DNA of 47,391 nt from a virus (lineage: Duplodnaviria > Caudoviricetes), in the IMG/VR virus record IMGVR_UViG_3300049924_000503, positions 1-47,391 of that record, one strand, 5' to 3'. Position numbers and translations under genes: made by a program. The notes under the pieces are model-generated. The model was not told where the DNA came from and did no database searches. It worked only from the letters and a program-made list of their open reading frames with translations. Within the stretch, counting starts at the first letter, position 1, and each line of letters opens with the position of its first letter. Shown here piece by piece: positions 20,482-28,822 of this stretch.

Positions 20482-22898
20482 CTTTAGCTGATAATTATAA
20501 TCCCATTCGTTACAGTGGGAATGGTCTGACGACAAATTTTCCTTTCACGTTTACCGTGTTTGATGAAGCGCATTTGCATATCTTTGTGCAGAATATTTCT
20601 ACCAAAGTGATGACATTGCTGACTCCTGGAACGTATACCGTATCAGGATTGCCGGATAATGGAAACATTAACTATGAGCCTTTGGGCTTTCCTTTGGCGA
20701 GTGGGTTTGACCTATTCATTACTCGACTTGTTCCGTATACGCAGGATTTGGAGATAACTAACCAGTCCGGTTTCTTTCCAATAACTCTAATGAACCAGTT
20801 GGATTTGTTGGAAATGCAAATCCAACAGCTGAAAGTTGATGCCACACGGGCGCACAAAGCTCCGTTAGGAGAAGAAGGCGGAGTATTCTCGGCTGCCGAC
20901 ATCGGCAATGCGCAGCTCTATGCCTTGCAGGCGTCGGCCTATCTGGCGCAGACGCTGGCGCTTTACAATCTGGCGGCGGGGTTTCTGGCAAATTTTAACC
21001 AGGACGCGCAAGATGCGCGCTATCTCACAGGCGCGCCAGCCTTTCTGCGCAAGCGCAAGACCCTACTTGGCATTGGCGCGGCGGAAGGCTCGGCTGCTGA
21101 CCAAGCGGCGGCTTTGACGGCGGGCATGGCCGCGCTTTCGCCCGGTGATTATCTCGACGGGCAGAATGGCGTTTACCGGCTCGACACAGCTGCGCAGGTG
21201 CCTTCCGGCCTCATCATGGAGAATGTCAGCTTCGACATTTCCAATGCGGCGGCCAATGTCTATCCGCTTTCGTGCCTTGGCTCGCTCGGCGCGGGAACGG
21301 CGGTTGCCACGGCTTTGAGCAAAAGCGTTGAGACCGTCACTGTCGGCTCCACCGCCAATTGGGCGCGCGGGACGCGCCTCCTGTTCAAACAGCAATGCGG
21401 CTGGCAGGCGTCGGTGGCGGCCATCAATCCCGGCGTGTCGCTAACCTTGACCGTGCCGGACACAACAAGGTTTGCGCCGGGACAAATTGCCTCGATCAAT
21501 GCGGTTGTCGGCACAATCGCCTCGATCACCAATCCGACGACGCTTGTCTTCAACACAACGCAGACGGCGGGTTTTGCCGTTGGCCCGGCTTTGTTCATCT
21601 TGACGCGCAATGACGGGTTTGCCGTCGATCAGCTTTTCAATGGCTGGTGGGGCACGGTGCGCGACGTGGTTTCGCCCACGCAGATAAGGCTGGAGAAATT
21701 CTATCCGTCCGCCTTCACCATCCCTGCCGCCGACTGCATGGCCTATGCGCCGGACCTGCGGCGCGGCAACCGCTTCCACAATGTCTCGGCCTTCCGCTCC
21801 GGCATTGATCTGGACAACACCTATTTCTTCCGGGGCGAACTGTGCGACGATCTGCGCTGGGAAGGCGGCTCGATCTCCAATGTCCAGTATGCGGCGCGCG
21901 TCTGGTATGACTGCGCCAATTTCCGCGTTTCCAACGCCGTTGTCGAACATGCCGCCCAAAACGGCGCGGGCTATGGCGACGGCATTGTCCAGACTTCGGA
22001 AGACTGGATCGTTGACGGCAACAAATACCGCGATGTGCGGCACGGCGTCACGGTCGGCGGCACGGGCGGCATCGTCTCCATGGGGCTGGCCAAAGACAAT
22101 AGCGGCCATGGCTGCCGCCAAGCGTTTATGGACGCGCACCCGAACTGCCGCGACATTGTTTTCGAGAACAATTTTGCCGAAATGGCCAACCGCTTCCGTG
22201 CGGCCGGCGGCAATAATGAGGGCTATGTCAGCCAAGGGGCCAACATCACCTTCCGCAACAACAAGCTGCGCGGGCTTGGCTCGCTGACGGCGGGCGCAGG
22301 CGCGCGCGATGCGACCGGCTTTCTGATTCAGCCATTCACGCGGATGCCGGAAGATTTTCAGGTGCTCGACGGCAATGATCTGCGCGACACATTGGGGACC
22401 GGCATTCTAGGAATGTTTGTCTCGAACCGCAAGATCTCGGGCAATCTCGACGGCCTGCGCATTGAAAGCAACACGCTGCGCATGACCGATGCTGGATCGA
22501 ACGGCAACACCAGCCCGGCGGGCCTCTATGTCGAGGCGGGGGCCTTCGGCACGAATATTTCCAACATGATCGTTGCCGACAACAATGTGTGGACGCGCGC
22601 CACGGCGCTGACAGTGGCGCTGACATCGCCGAAAACCATCCTGAATTCGGCTATTTCCGGCAACGCTTTCAACTCGGAAAACACCGATGCCCCGGTGATC
22701 GACATTCTCGACGGCGGCGTGGCCTCGCTGGCAGACCGGATCGCAGTGACCGGCAATGTCTGCGAAGGCGGCAATTATTCCTACCGGCGCGCCGCGCTGG
22801 TGGGCCGCGATTTTGTTGACGGCAATGTTTTCAGGAACTTCGCCACAGCCGCCATCAACGGCGCGCCGTTCCTGACCGGCACGAACCTGATCGCATGA
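20478..22898 (+). CDS. tail fibre/tailspike: gp17-like N-terminal anchor plus right-handed beta-helix depolymerase
   Basis: YSGNGLTTNFPFTF...LDLLEMQIQQL anchor; Asn-ladder repeats (VDGN, FENN, ISGN, VTGN). Confidence 0.85.
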   Translation: MTLADNYNPIRYSGNGLTTNFPFTFTVFDEAHLHIFVQNISTKVMTLLTPGTYTVSGLPDNGNINYEPLGFPLASGFDLFITRLVPYTQDLEITNQSGFFPITLMNQLDLLEMQIQQLKVDATRAHKAPLGEEGGVFSAADIGNAQLYALQASAYLAQTLALYNLAAGFLANFNQDAQDARYLTGAPAFLRKRKTLLGIGAAEGSAADQAAALTAGMAALSPGDYLDGQNGVYRLDTAAQVPSGLIMENVSFDISNAAANVYPLSCLGSLGAGTAVATALSKSVETVTVGSTANWARGTRLLFKQQCGWQASVAAINPGVSLTLTVPDTTRFAPGQIASINAVVGTIASITNPTTLVFNTTQTAGFAVGPALFILTRNDGFAVDQLFNGWWGTVRDVVSPTQIRLEKFYPSAFTIPAADCMAYAPDLRRGNRFHNVSAFRSGIDLDNTYFFRGELCDDLRWEGGSISNVQYAARVWYDCANFRVSNAVVEHAAQNGAGYGDGIVQTSEDWIVDGNKYRDVRHGVTVGGTGGIVSMGLAKDNSGHGCRQAFMDAHPNCRDIVFENNFAEMANRFRAAGGNNEGYVSQGANITFRNNKLRGLGSLTAGAGARDATGFLIQPFTRMPEDFQVLDGNDLRDTLGTGILGMFVSNRKISGNLDGLRIESNTLRMTDAGSNGNTSPAGLYVEAGAFGTNISNMIVADNNVWTRATALTVALTSPKTILNSAISGNAFNSENTDAPVIDILDGGVASLADRIAVTGNVCEGGNYSYRRAALVGRDFVDGNVFRNFATAAINGAPFLTGTNLIA

Positions 22899-22905
22899 GG
22901 CAGAC

Positions 22906-25083
22906 ATGACGCTTGAAACAGTTATAGCCGAGTTCAACGTTTCGACGGAGAATAATGTTGAAGCGCTGGCGTTGTTTGAGGAGCGACTCCCGCTCATCAT
23001 ACAGTCTGCTCTTGACGCCGCCGCCGCTCATGCCGACCGGCTGCTGGCGGATGCGGACGCGGCGGCAACGGCGGCAGACCGGGTGCAGACCGGCATTGAC
23101 CGCACCGCGTCGGGCGGGTTTGCCGTTGAGGCGGCGGCGTCGGCGGCCATCGTTTCAGGGCAGGCGGCGGGCTTTCTGCCGTGCCGCGCGCCGAACGCGG
23201 ATTTCATCCAGCCAATCCAATATATCAAGCTCGGCATTGACGGCTCGACGCCGAAGATCGAGCGCATCGTTTATGCGACTGGCGAGCAGGATGATTACAC
23301 TGCGCCGTCGCGCGGGCTTCCGGTTTTCCATGAACGCGCGGTCTATTGCCGCGCGCCGAATGCGGACTACACGGAAGAGCTGAATTCGATCAAGGTCAGC
23401 GCCAATGGCAAGCTGATTTCGGTCACCTATGCCACTGGCAAGGAAGTCTATCTTGGCGGCGTCGGCCCGGCGCAGGTTGATGCGCCGATGGGCGTGCAAA
23501 TGGGCTTTGACGCGGCCTTGGGCAAAGCCTTCACCATGGGGCCGTCTGCGGGAAACCGCGATCTGGTTCTGTCCGGCTGCCAAGGCGTCTGGCCCGTGCC
23601 GTCCTGGCCGGACATTCACTTGGTTGTGACCAATGCGCCGGGTCGCGGTCTTTCGACGCCGTTTCTCATCAATTCGGACAGGTACGGGCGCAACCCGAAT
23701 TCGCACCCGATCATCACGCGGGCGCAAAGCAAAATTCTTGCCGTCACCCTGTCGATGCACCAGTCGGACGGGATGACCTATCCGGCTGGCTCGGCGGCCT
23801 ATGCGCGCTACCGCACGCCGGCGCATCCGAATTTTCTCATGCTGTCCAACAGCAAGGCGGGCACGCGGCCCGATGTGGCGGCGGGCTGCACGCGCAATAA
23901 CTTGGACTATGCGCAACAGGTGCTGGCGGCGGAAATAACCGACTTGCAGAGCGCCTACAACTTCCTGCCAACGGGCTATATCCATGGCGACGGGCGGATT
24001 GAGATTGCGCTGTCCGAGGAATATTACGAGGCCGCGCCGATCTTGCCAGCCATGGCGCCGAAGGGCTTCACGCGGCTCGGTCTTGGCGGCATCGGTCCCA
24101 ATTCGGCGCTGCGCACGCCGCCCTCGTCCGTCTATCGCATCATCCCCACAGCGGGCGGCGACATTGGCCGCGACTGGACGCTGCGCGCCGACTTTGACCA
24201 AGCGATGCTGGCATGGAAAAATCAGGCGGCGGCGCGAGGCTGGGGTGTTTATCTCTCGCATGTGGCGCTGTGGTTTTCGGCCAATGGCGCGAACGACGCG
24301 GCAACACCCGCGCTCATTCAGCAGATCATCGCCGAGGTCAATGCGGACCTTCAGACGTTCGGCCATAATCTCTACACGGGCCAGCCCTCCAATCCGGCCT
24401 ATCTCGGCTGGTACAGCGCGACAAAATTTGACGAGTTGCACCCGACCGGCGCGCAGGCATGGCACCAATATGAAGCCGTGCGGCAGGCGGACGCGGCAGG
24501 GATTGGCTATTATGCGATGGGCGCGGACTATGGCGGCTTGGCCGTTGACGGGTTCGGCTGGACGGCAGGCGTTGCGGACGGGCTGCACCAGATACCTCCC
24601 GGTCATGCCTATGCCGGGTTTGTCGCGCAAAAGCTGTTGGCGTGGCAGACGCTGGGGCGGCCGGAAAAGACCTTCCGAGTGGATTACAACCATCCTGATT
24701 TCACTCGCACCGGCGACGTTATCACCGTGCCGGTGATCGGCGGCTTTGCCGCTGGCAACCCGGCCATGATCGACACTGTGTCGATTTCCAACAGGCCCGG
24801 AACAATCAACGGCTGGCGCTATCTCGTCGGCGGGCCGGGCGGCACGAACAATATCGCCTCTGTTGCGGTGGCAGGCGGCGGCAACGCCTATCTCATCACG
24901 CTGACGCCGGGCACAGGTGCGGGCCAGCTCGGTTATGCCGAATTTGGCTATGTCGCCGCAGGCGCGGGCACGCAGAACGAACAGGCGCGCGGCCAATGCC
25001 GCCGCACAAACGGCTTCACCTCACCCATCGACAGCGGCCAGCAAATCTACTTCTGGCTCGACCCGTTCAGAAAGGCGTTCTAA
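22906..25083 (+). CDS. second tailspike, SGNH-hydrolase/esterase-like
   Basis: HQSD (GQSN-like block I) and DGLH (DxxH); duplicated N-terminal CRAPNAD...YATG module. Confidence 0.6.
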   Translation: MTLETVIAEFNVSTENNVEALALFEERLPLIIQSALDAAAAHADRLLADADAAATAADRVQTGIDRTASGGFAVEAAASAAIVSGQAAGFLPCRAPNADFIQPIQYIKLGIDGSTPKIERIVYATGEQDDYTAPSRGLPVFHERAVYCRAPNADYTEELNSIKVSANGKLISVTYATGKEVYLGGVGPAQVDAPMGVQMGFDAALGKAFTMGPSAGNRDLVLSGCQGVWPVPSWPDIHLVVTNAPGRGLSTPFLINSDRYGRNPNSHPIITRAQSKILAVTLSMHQSDGMTYPAGSAAYARYRTPAHPNFLMLSNSKAGTRPDVAAGCTRNNLDYAQQVLAAEITDLQSAYNFLPTGYIHGDGRIEIALSEEYYEAAPILPAMAPKGFTRLGLGGIGPNSALRTPPSSVYRIIPTAGGDIGRDWTLRADFDQAMLAWKNQAAARGWGVYLSHVALWFSANGANDAATPALIQQIIAEVNADLQTFGHNLYTGQPSNPAYLGWYSATKFDELHPTGAQAWHQYEAVRQADAAGIGYYAMGADYGGLAVDGFGWTAGVADGLHQIPPGHAYAGFVAQKLLAWQTLGRPEKTFRVDYNHPDFTRTGDVITVPVIGGFAAGNPAMIDTVSISNRPGTINGWRYLVGGPGGTNNIASVAVAGGGNAYLITLTPGTGAGQLGYAEFGYVAAGAGTQNEQARGQCRRTNGFTSPIDSGQQIYFWLDPFRKAF

Positions 25084-25946
25084 TGACCGTACAACAGACT
25101 GATCTTTCCAGCGCCAGCGGCTCCGTTTCGTTTGTTCAAGACGCGCTCGATGTCAAACATGCGCTGTGGCACTACAAGAATTTTGCCGCGTCGGGCGGCG
25201 TGTCGGACTATGGGGTTGACACGGCCAATGGGTTCCCGGCGCTGCCAGCGCAGCCGGATTTCTGCCGCATATCGGGCGGCGTGCGGCGGCTGCATGAGCG
25301 GATGGAACCGGCAAACTACTTGACCGCGCCCATCGCCTCGCGCTCGCCAACCTTGCTGACGGGCGTTGCCGGGATTAACGGCCATGCCGCCATACGCTTC
25401 CGGGACAGCGGCGGCGAGGATCAATCCTTGCTGCCGGTCAATCCAGCTGCGATGGCGCACACTATCAGCGAAATGAGCATTTCGATGCTTCTCCGCGTTG
25501 AGGCGACGAACGTGACAAACTGGATTATCAGCCCGCTCATTCACGCGACGGCGACGAATGATTTCGCGCTGGCAATCACCAATTCAGGAGCGCTGCAATA
25601 TGCCCGCATCTTGAACGGCAACACCGGTGCGACCCGCTGGCAGGAGCAGACCGCTACAGATCTGGACAGCCTGTGGCACCATTTCGTCATCGGCTACAAC
25701 ACGGTTGACGGGTTCCGGATGGCGATTGACGGCGTGCCGAAGGCGCGGGCGGTTGCCACGCCGATTGACGTGAACGGCTTTACGGCGGGGCAATGGCAGG
25801 TGGGCACGCGAGGCACGTCGCTGCAAGGGGCGGATTTCGATCTTGCGCGGCTTACGCTTTTCCATGGCGTTGACTTGTTTCGCCCGGCCAATGCGGCGCT
25901 TTTGACTGAAGAATATAACGCGGTCACCAGCGTGTTCGCTTACTAG
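25083..25946 (+). CDS. LamG/concanavalin A-like tail-associated protein
   Basis: INGHAAIRF and WHHFVIGY...MAIDG motifs; TAATG coupling. Confidence 0.65.
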   Translation: MTVQQTDLSSASGSVSFVQDALDVKHALWHYKNFAASGGVSDYGVDTANGFPALPAQPDFCRISGGVRRLHERMEPANYLTAPIASRSPTLLTGVAGINGHAAIRFRDSGGEDQSLLPVNPAAMAHTISEMSISMLLRVEATNVTNWIISPLIHATATNDFALAITNSGALQYARILNGNTGATRWQEQTATDLDSLWHHFVIGYNTVDGFRMAIDGVPKARAVATPIDVNGFTAGQWQVGTRGTSLQGADFDLARLTLFHGVDLFRPANAALLTEEYNAVTSVFAY

Positions 25947-25955
25947 GAGAAGAAA

Positions 25956-26168
25956 ATGGCACAGACAAGTTTGAGCTACACACAAATGTCCACAGTTCTG
26001 TCGGACGGCATTTTGACAGCGCGGCGCAGCGCGTGGCCGCTCGGCGTGCGGCTGCGGATGCACAGGGTCAATCAGGGGCCGCAGATCAACGATCCGGTCG
26101 ATGGCTCGCTGAGCGACTACGCGCCCAGCGCCGCAGACCAAGCGGCGAACGATTGGGAGCTGCACTGA
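25956..26168 (+). CDS. DUF2829/Tad2-like (Thoeris anti-defence 2-like) protein
   Basis: ARRSAW and YAPSAADQAANDWEL match the family pattern R.GW...W.PS..D..A.DW; AGGAG SD. Confidence 0.65.
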   Translation: MAQTSLSYTQMSTVLSDGILTARRSAWPLGVRLRMHRVNQGPQINDPVDGSLSDYAPSAADQAANDWELH

Positions 26169-26986
26169 TGGGCAAGCGCAAAGAAACAACATTGCTGGTC
26201 GTGCATGTCACGGCAACGCCGCCCAGCGCCGATATTGGCGTCAAGGAAGTGCGCGTCATGCATCTGGCGCGGGGGTTCAGCGATATTGGCTACCACTATG
26301 TCATCCGGCGCAATGGCAAGGTCGAGGCGGGGCGCGCTGAAGACGAGATCGGCGCGCATGTGCAAGGCCACAATTCAAACTCCATTGGCGTTTCCATGGT
26401 TGGCGGCGTCAATGCGGCGGGCAAGCCGGAGAACAACGCCACGCCGGCGCAGCTCATCGCGCTTGAAGCGCTGTTGAAAAAACTTCAGCTCAAATATCCG
26501 AAGGCGGGCGTTTGCGGCCACCGGGACCTGTCGCCTGACAAAGACGGCGACGGCATCATTGAGCCGTTTGAGCACATCAAGGCCTGTCCCTGCTTTGATG
26601 TCATTCCATGGGCGCAGGCGCGCGGTCTGCGCCCCGCCAACATCAAGGGCGTCTGGTACAGGCAGGCCGCCGCGCCTGCGCCGCTGACGGTCAAACAGGA
26701 CAATGCCATGCCGCCGCCTGCGCCGCGTCCGGTTCCTGTTCCGGCGCAGCCGAAAGCGGACTGGAGCGACCCGGCGGGCATACCGGACCTCGACAAGCCG
26801 ATCATGAAGATGACGACGATCTGGGGCGCTGCGGCGGCGCTTCTCACCAGCATTGTCAACACTTTGATGAGCCTGCCCGCGCCTGTCCGCTATGGCCTGT
26901 TGGCGCTGGGTGTGGCGGGGATTGTCTGGATCGTGCGCGAGCGGCTGCGGCGGCGGGCGCAGCAAAGGACGCTAGAGAATGCTTAG
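26168..26986 (+). CDS. endolysin, N-acetylmuramoyl-L-alanine amidase (T7 lysozyme-like) with C-terminal TM helices
   Basis: VVHVTAT, DIGYHYVI, GHRDLSP and KACPCF zinc-amidase motifs. Confidence 0.92.
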   Translation: MGKRKETTLLVVHVTATPPSADIGVKEVRVMHLARGFSDIGYHYVIRRNGKVEAGRAEDEIGAHVQGHNSNSIGVSMVGGVNAAGKPENNATPAQLIALEALLKKLQLKYPKAGVCGHRDLSPDKDGDGIIEPFEHIKACPCFDVIPWAQARGLRPANIKGVWYRQAAAPAPLTVKQDNAMPPPAPRPVPVPAQPKADWSDPAGIPDLDKPIMKMTTIWGAAAALLTSIVNTLMSLPAPVRYGLLALGVAGIVWIVRERLRRRAQQRTLENA

Positions 26987-27257
26987 CCTCGCAAATCCTT
27001 ATCTGCGCCTCGCCTTGGCGGCTGTGCTGGGCGCGGCGGCCTTGGCTGGTGTGTGGAGCCACGGGAACAGAAACGGCGCTGTGCGGGCGGCTGTGCGGCT
27101 GAATGAGCAAACGGAACTGGCAATAGGGGAAATCTCAAATGCTGCTGAAAAAACTCGTGCCCTGCGGCGCTATTGCATTGGTTCTGACGGGATGTGGAAC
27201 TTCGCCGCAAATCGCTGCGAAGACGCCAAAACTCACCGGCCTCGTGCGGGCGGTTGA
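26979..27257 (+). CDS. i-spanin (Rz-like)
   Basis: N-terminal TM helix, periplasmic helix and C-terminal Cys pair; overlaps the o-spanin. Confidence 0.65.
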   Translation: MLSLANPYLRLALAAVLGAAALAGVWSHGNRNGAVRAAVRLNEQTELAIGEISNAAEKTRALRRYCIGSDGMWNFAANRCEDAKTHRPRAGG

Positions 27258-27381
27258 GGGCACAGGCATGATCGGCGTCAAGGGCGCGACCCCGGAGGAT
27301 CAGGAGCGCATCGATGAGCACAATGCGGGCCTGTGCGGCGCGAAAGTCTGGACGCCAAGCGAATGCGCGAGGCTGAATTAA
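27139..27381 (+). CDS. o-spanin lipoprotein (Rz1-like)
   Basis: signal peptide with lipobox VLTG-C; alternate-frame overlap with the i-spanin. Confidence 0.7.
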   Translation: MLLKKLVPCGAIALVLTGCGTSPQIAAKTPKLTGLVRAVEGTGMIGVKGATPEDQERIDEHNAGLCGAKVWTPSECARLN

Positions 27382-27603
27382 ATGGCCTTTCAATTTGAGA
27401 ACAAGATGACGCCTTCGAACATCATTCAAATCGGCATGATCGCCGCCGGGCTGATCGGCGGCTATTATGCCGTGATCGGGCGAGTCGAGGCGCTGGAAGG
27501 ATCGATCAGCCGCCATGAGCGCAAGCTGGACAAGCTCGATGATGTCGGCGACCGGCTCATTCGCATTGAGGAGAAGGTTGACCAATTGAGGGCGGGGCGA
27601 TGA
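27382..27603 (+). CDS. putative holin-like membrane protein
   Basis: single TM helix followed by a coiled coil; last gene of the lysis block. Confidence 0.5.
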   Translation: MAFQFENKMTPSNIIQIGMIAAGLIGGYYAVIGRVEALEGSISRHERKLDKLDDVGDRLIRIEEKVDQLRAGR

Positions 27604-27631
27604 GCGAAGGCCGGATAACTATACTATTCAA

Positions 27632-28822
27632 TTATTTCCTCGGCCGTGGTTCATAACAAACCCCTATCGCTGCCACATGCTGTAATTTGAAAATGCCAGC
27701 TTTCGTCATCACCTCAAGTATCTTCGCCACCTCGTGTGTCGGAGCGCGCTGAGATATGAACTCAATGAGGATTGCTTCGGGGATGGGCTTTTTCTTTTTC
27801 ATCCACTCGGTATAGGCATAATACCAAACCTCGTCGATGACACGAGTACTACCGCCCATTGACATGGCTTTGAATATATCCGGCATGGCGGCTTCAGTTT
27901 CGATTAGCCAGTCAAGGGCTTCAGCGAAATGATCCACAGTGACAATCAGATCGTTACTTGTGCTTACGCAAGCGGCTATGCAAAGCTTAAGCAGATGTTG
28001 TTGGCGGCGGGAATTATAGTGGATAAGTTTTGGATGCTCGGGTTCAGGAGCAAACTTCGAAGCGGCCCAAGCGCGGAATGCAGCAACGGCCTCGTCTGAG
28101 AATTTAACATTCCCGAACAAATCGCCTATCTCAGTGAGGTCTTTTAGTAGTGCTTCATAAAGCGGAACGTTTGGCTCAATGGCGTCGAATAAATCTACAT
28201 ATTCACCGTGGCCGGAATAGATGAGCATTGTACGAGATATAAAGCCCTGATCCCAAGCGCCTTCGGGCATGAGGTTATTTAAATATGATGGAGTGGTCGC
28301 CGCGAGAATGTTCATCTGCGGAGCGGCCATGGAAAATTTTCTATCTCCGGTGCGACGGCGTTCGGAATAGCGCTTGCAATCATAAATGTCTGTGAGAACG
28401 TTTATGAACTCGTTATCGTAGGCGGGTACGAGAACACCAAACTCGTTTGCAATGATAGTGAGAGAATTGAAATTAACTACAGATGGATTGTCTTGAGGGC
28501 GGATGATTGTTCGTTTGGCTTCGTTAAGTTCATCCATCATTGAGGCTTTGGTTACGGAAGATGGGGCAATGTGGTGAGAGTCGAGCTTGGTAAGAAAGTC
28601 GTATGCAACCGATGCAGCTATGGTTTTGCCGGCACCCGCAGGTCCTACAAGGATCACGTAGAGACTTGGATAAAGAGTGCCTTTGTTGGTGACTATCGCA
28701 ACTTTCCGCTCAAGCGCAGACATGACAGTGAATATACCTGTCCAACGGCGAAAGAGTAACGGCGATCCGGACTTCTCAGTATATTCCGTGAAGCCGTCTA
28801 TCCATGATGAAAGCTTTCGCAC
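27632..28822 (-). CDS. DUF3987-like P-loop NTPase (putative replicative helicase)
   Basis: LYVILVGPAGAGKT, IIANEFG, ILAATTP, GFISR; adjacent to the polymerase. Confidence 0.7.
   Translation of the reverse strand: MRKLSSWIDGFTEYTEKSGSPLLFRRWTGIFTVMSALERKVAIVTNKGTLYPSLYVILVGPAGAGKTIAASVAYDFLTKLDSHHIAPSSVTKASMMDELNEAKRTIIRPQDNPSVVNFNSLTIIANEFGVLVPAYDNEFINVLTDIYDCKRYSERRRTGDRKFSMAAPQMNILAATTPSYLNNLMPEGAWDQGFISRTMLIYSGHGEYVDLFDAIEPNVPLYEALLKDLTEIGDLFGNVKFSDEAVAAFRAWAASKFAPEPEHPKLIHYNSRRQQHLLKLCIAACVSTSNDLIVTVDHFAEALDWLIETEAAMPDIFKAMSMGGSTRVIDEVWYYAYTEWMKKKKPIPEAILIEFISQRAPTHEVAKILEVMTKAGIFKLQHVAAIGVCYEPRPRK

Noticed and set aside
23155-24996. 613-aa antisense ORF
   Set aside because: Shadow of the GC-rich tailspike gene; Arg/Ala-rich with no motifs
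7710-27603. BPP-1-like diversity-generating retroelement
   Set aside because: No reverse transcriptase and no TR/VR repeat pair seen
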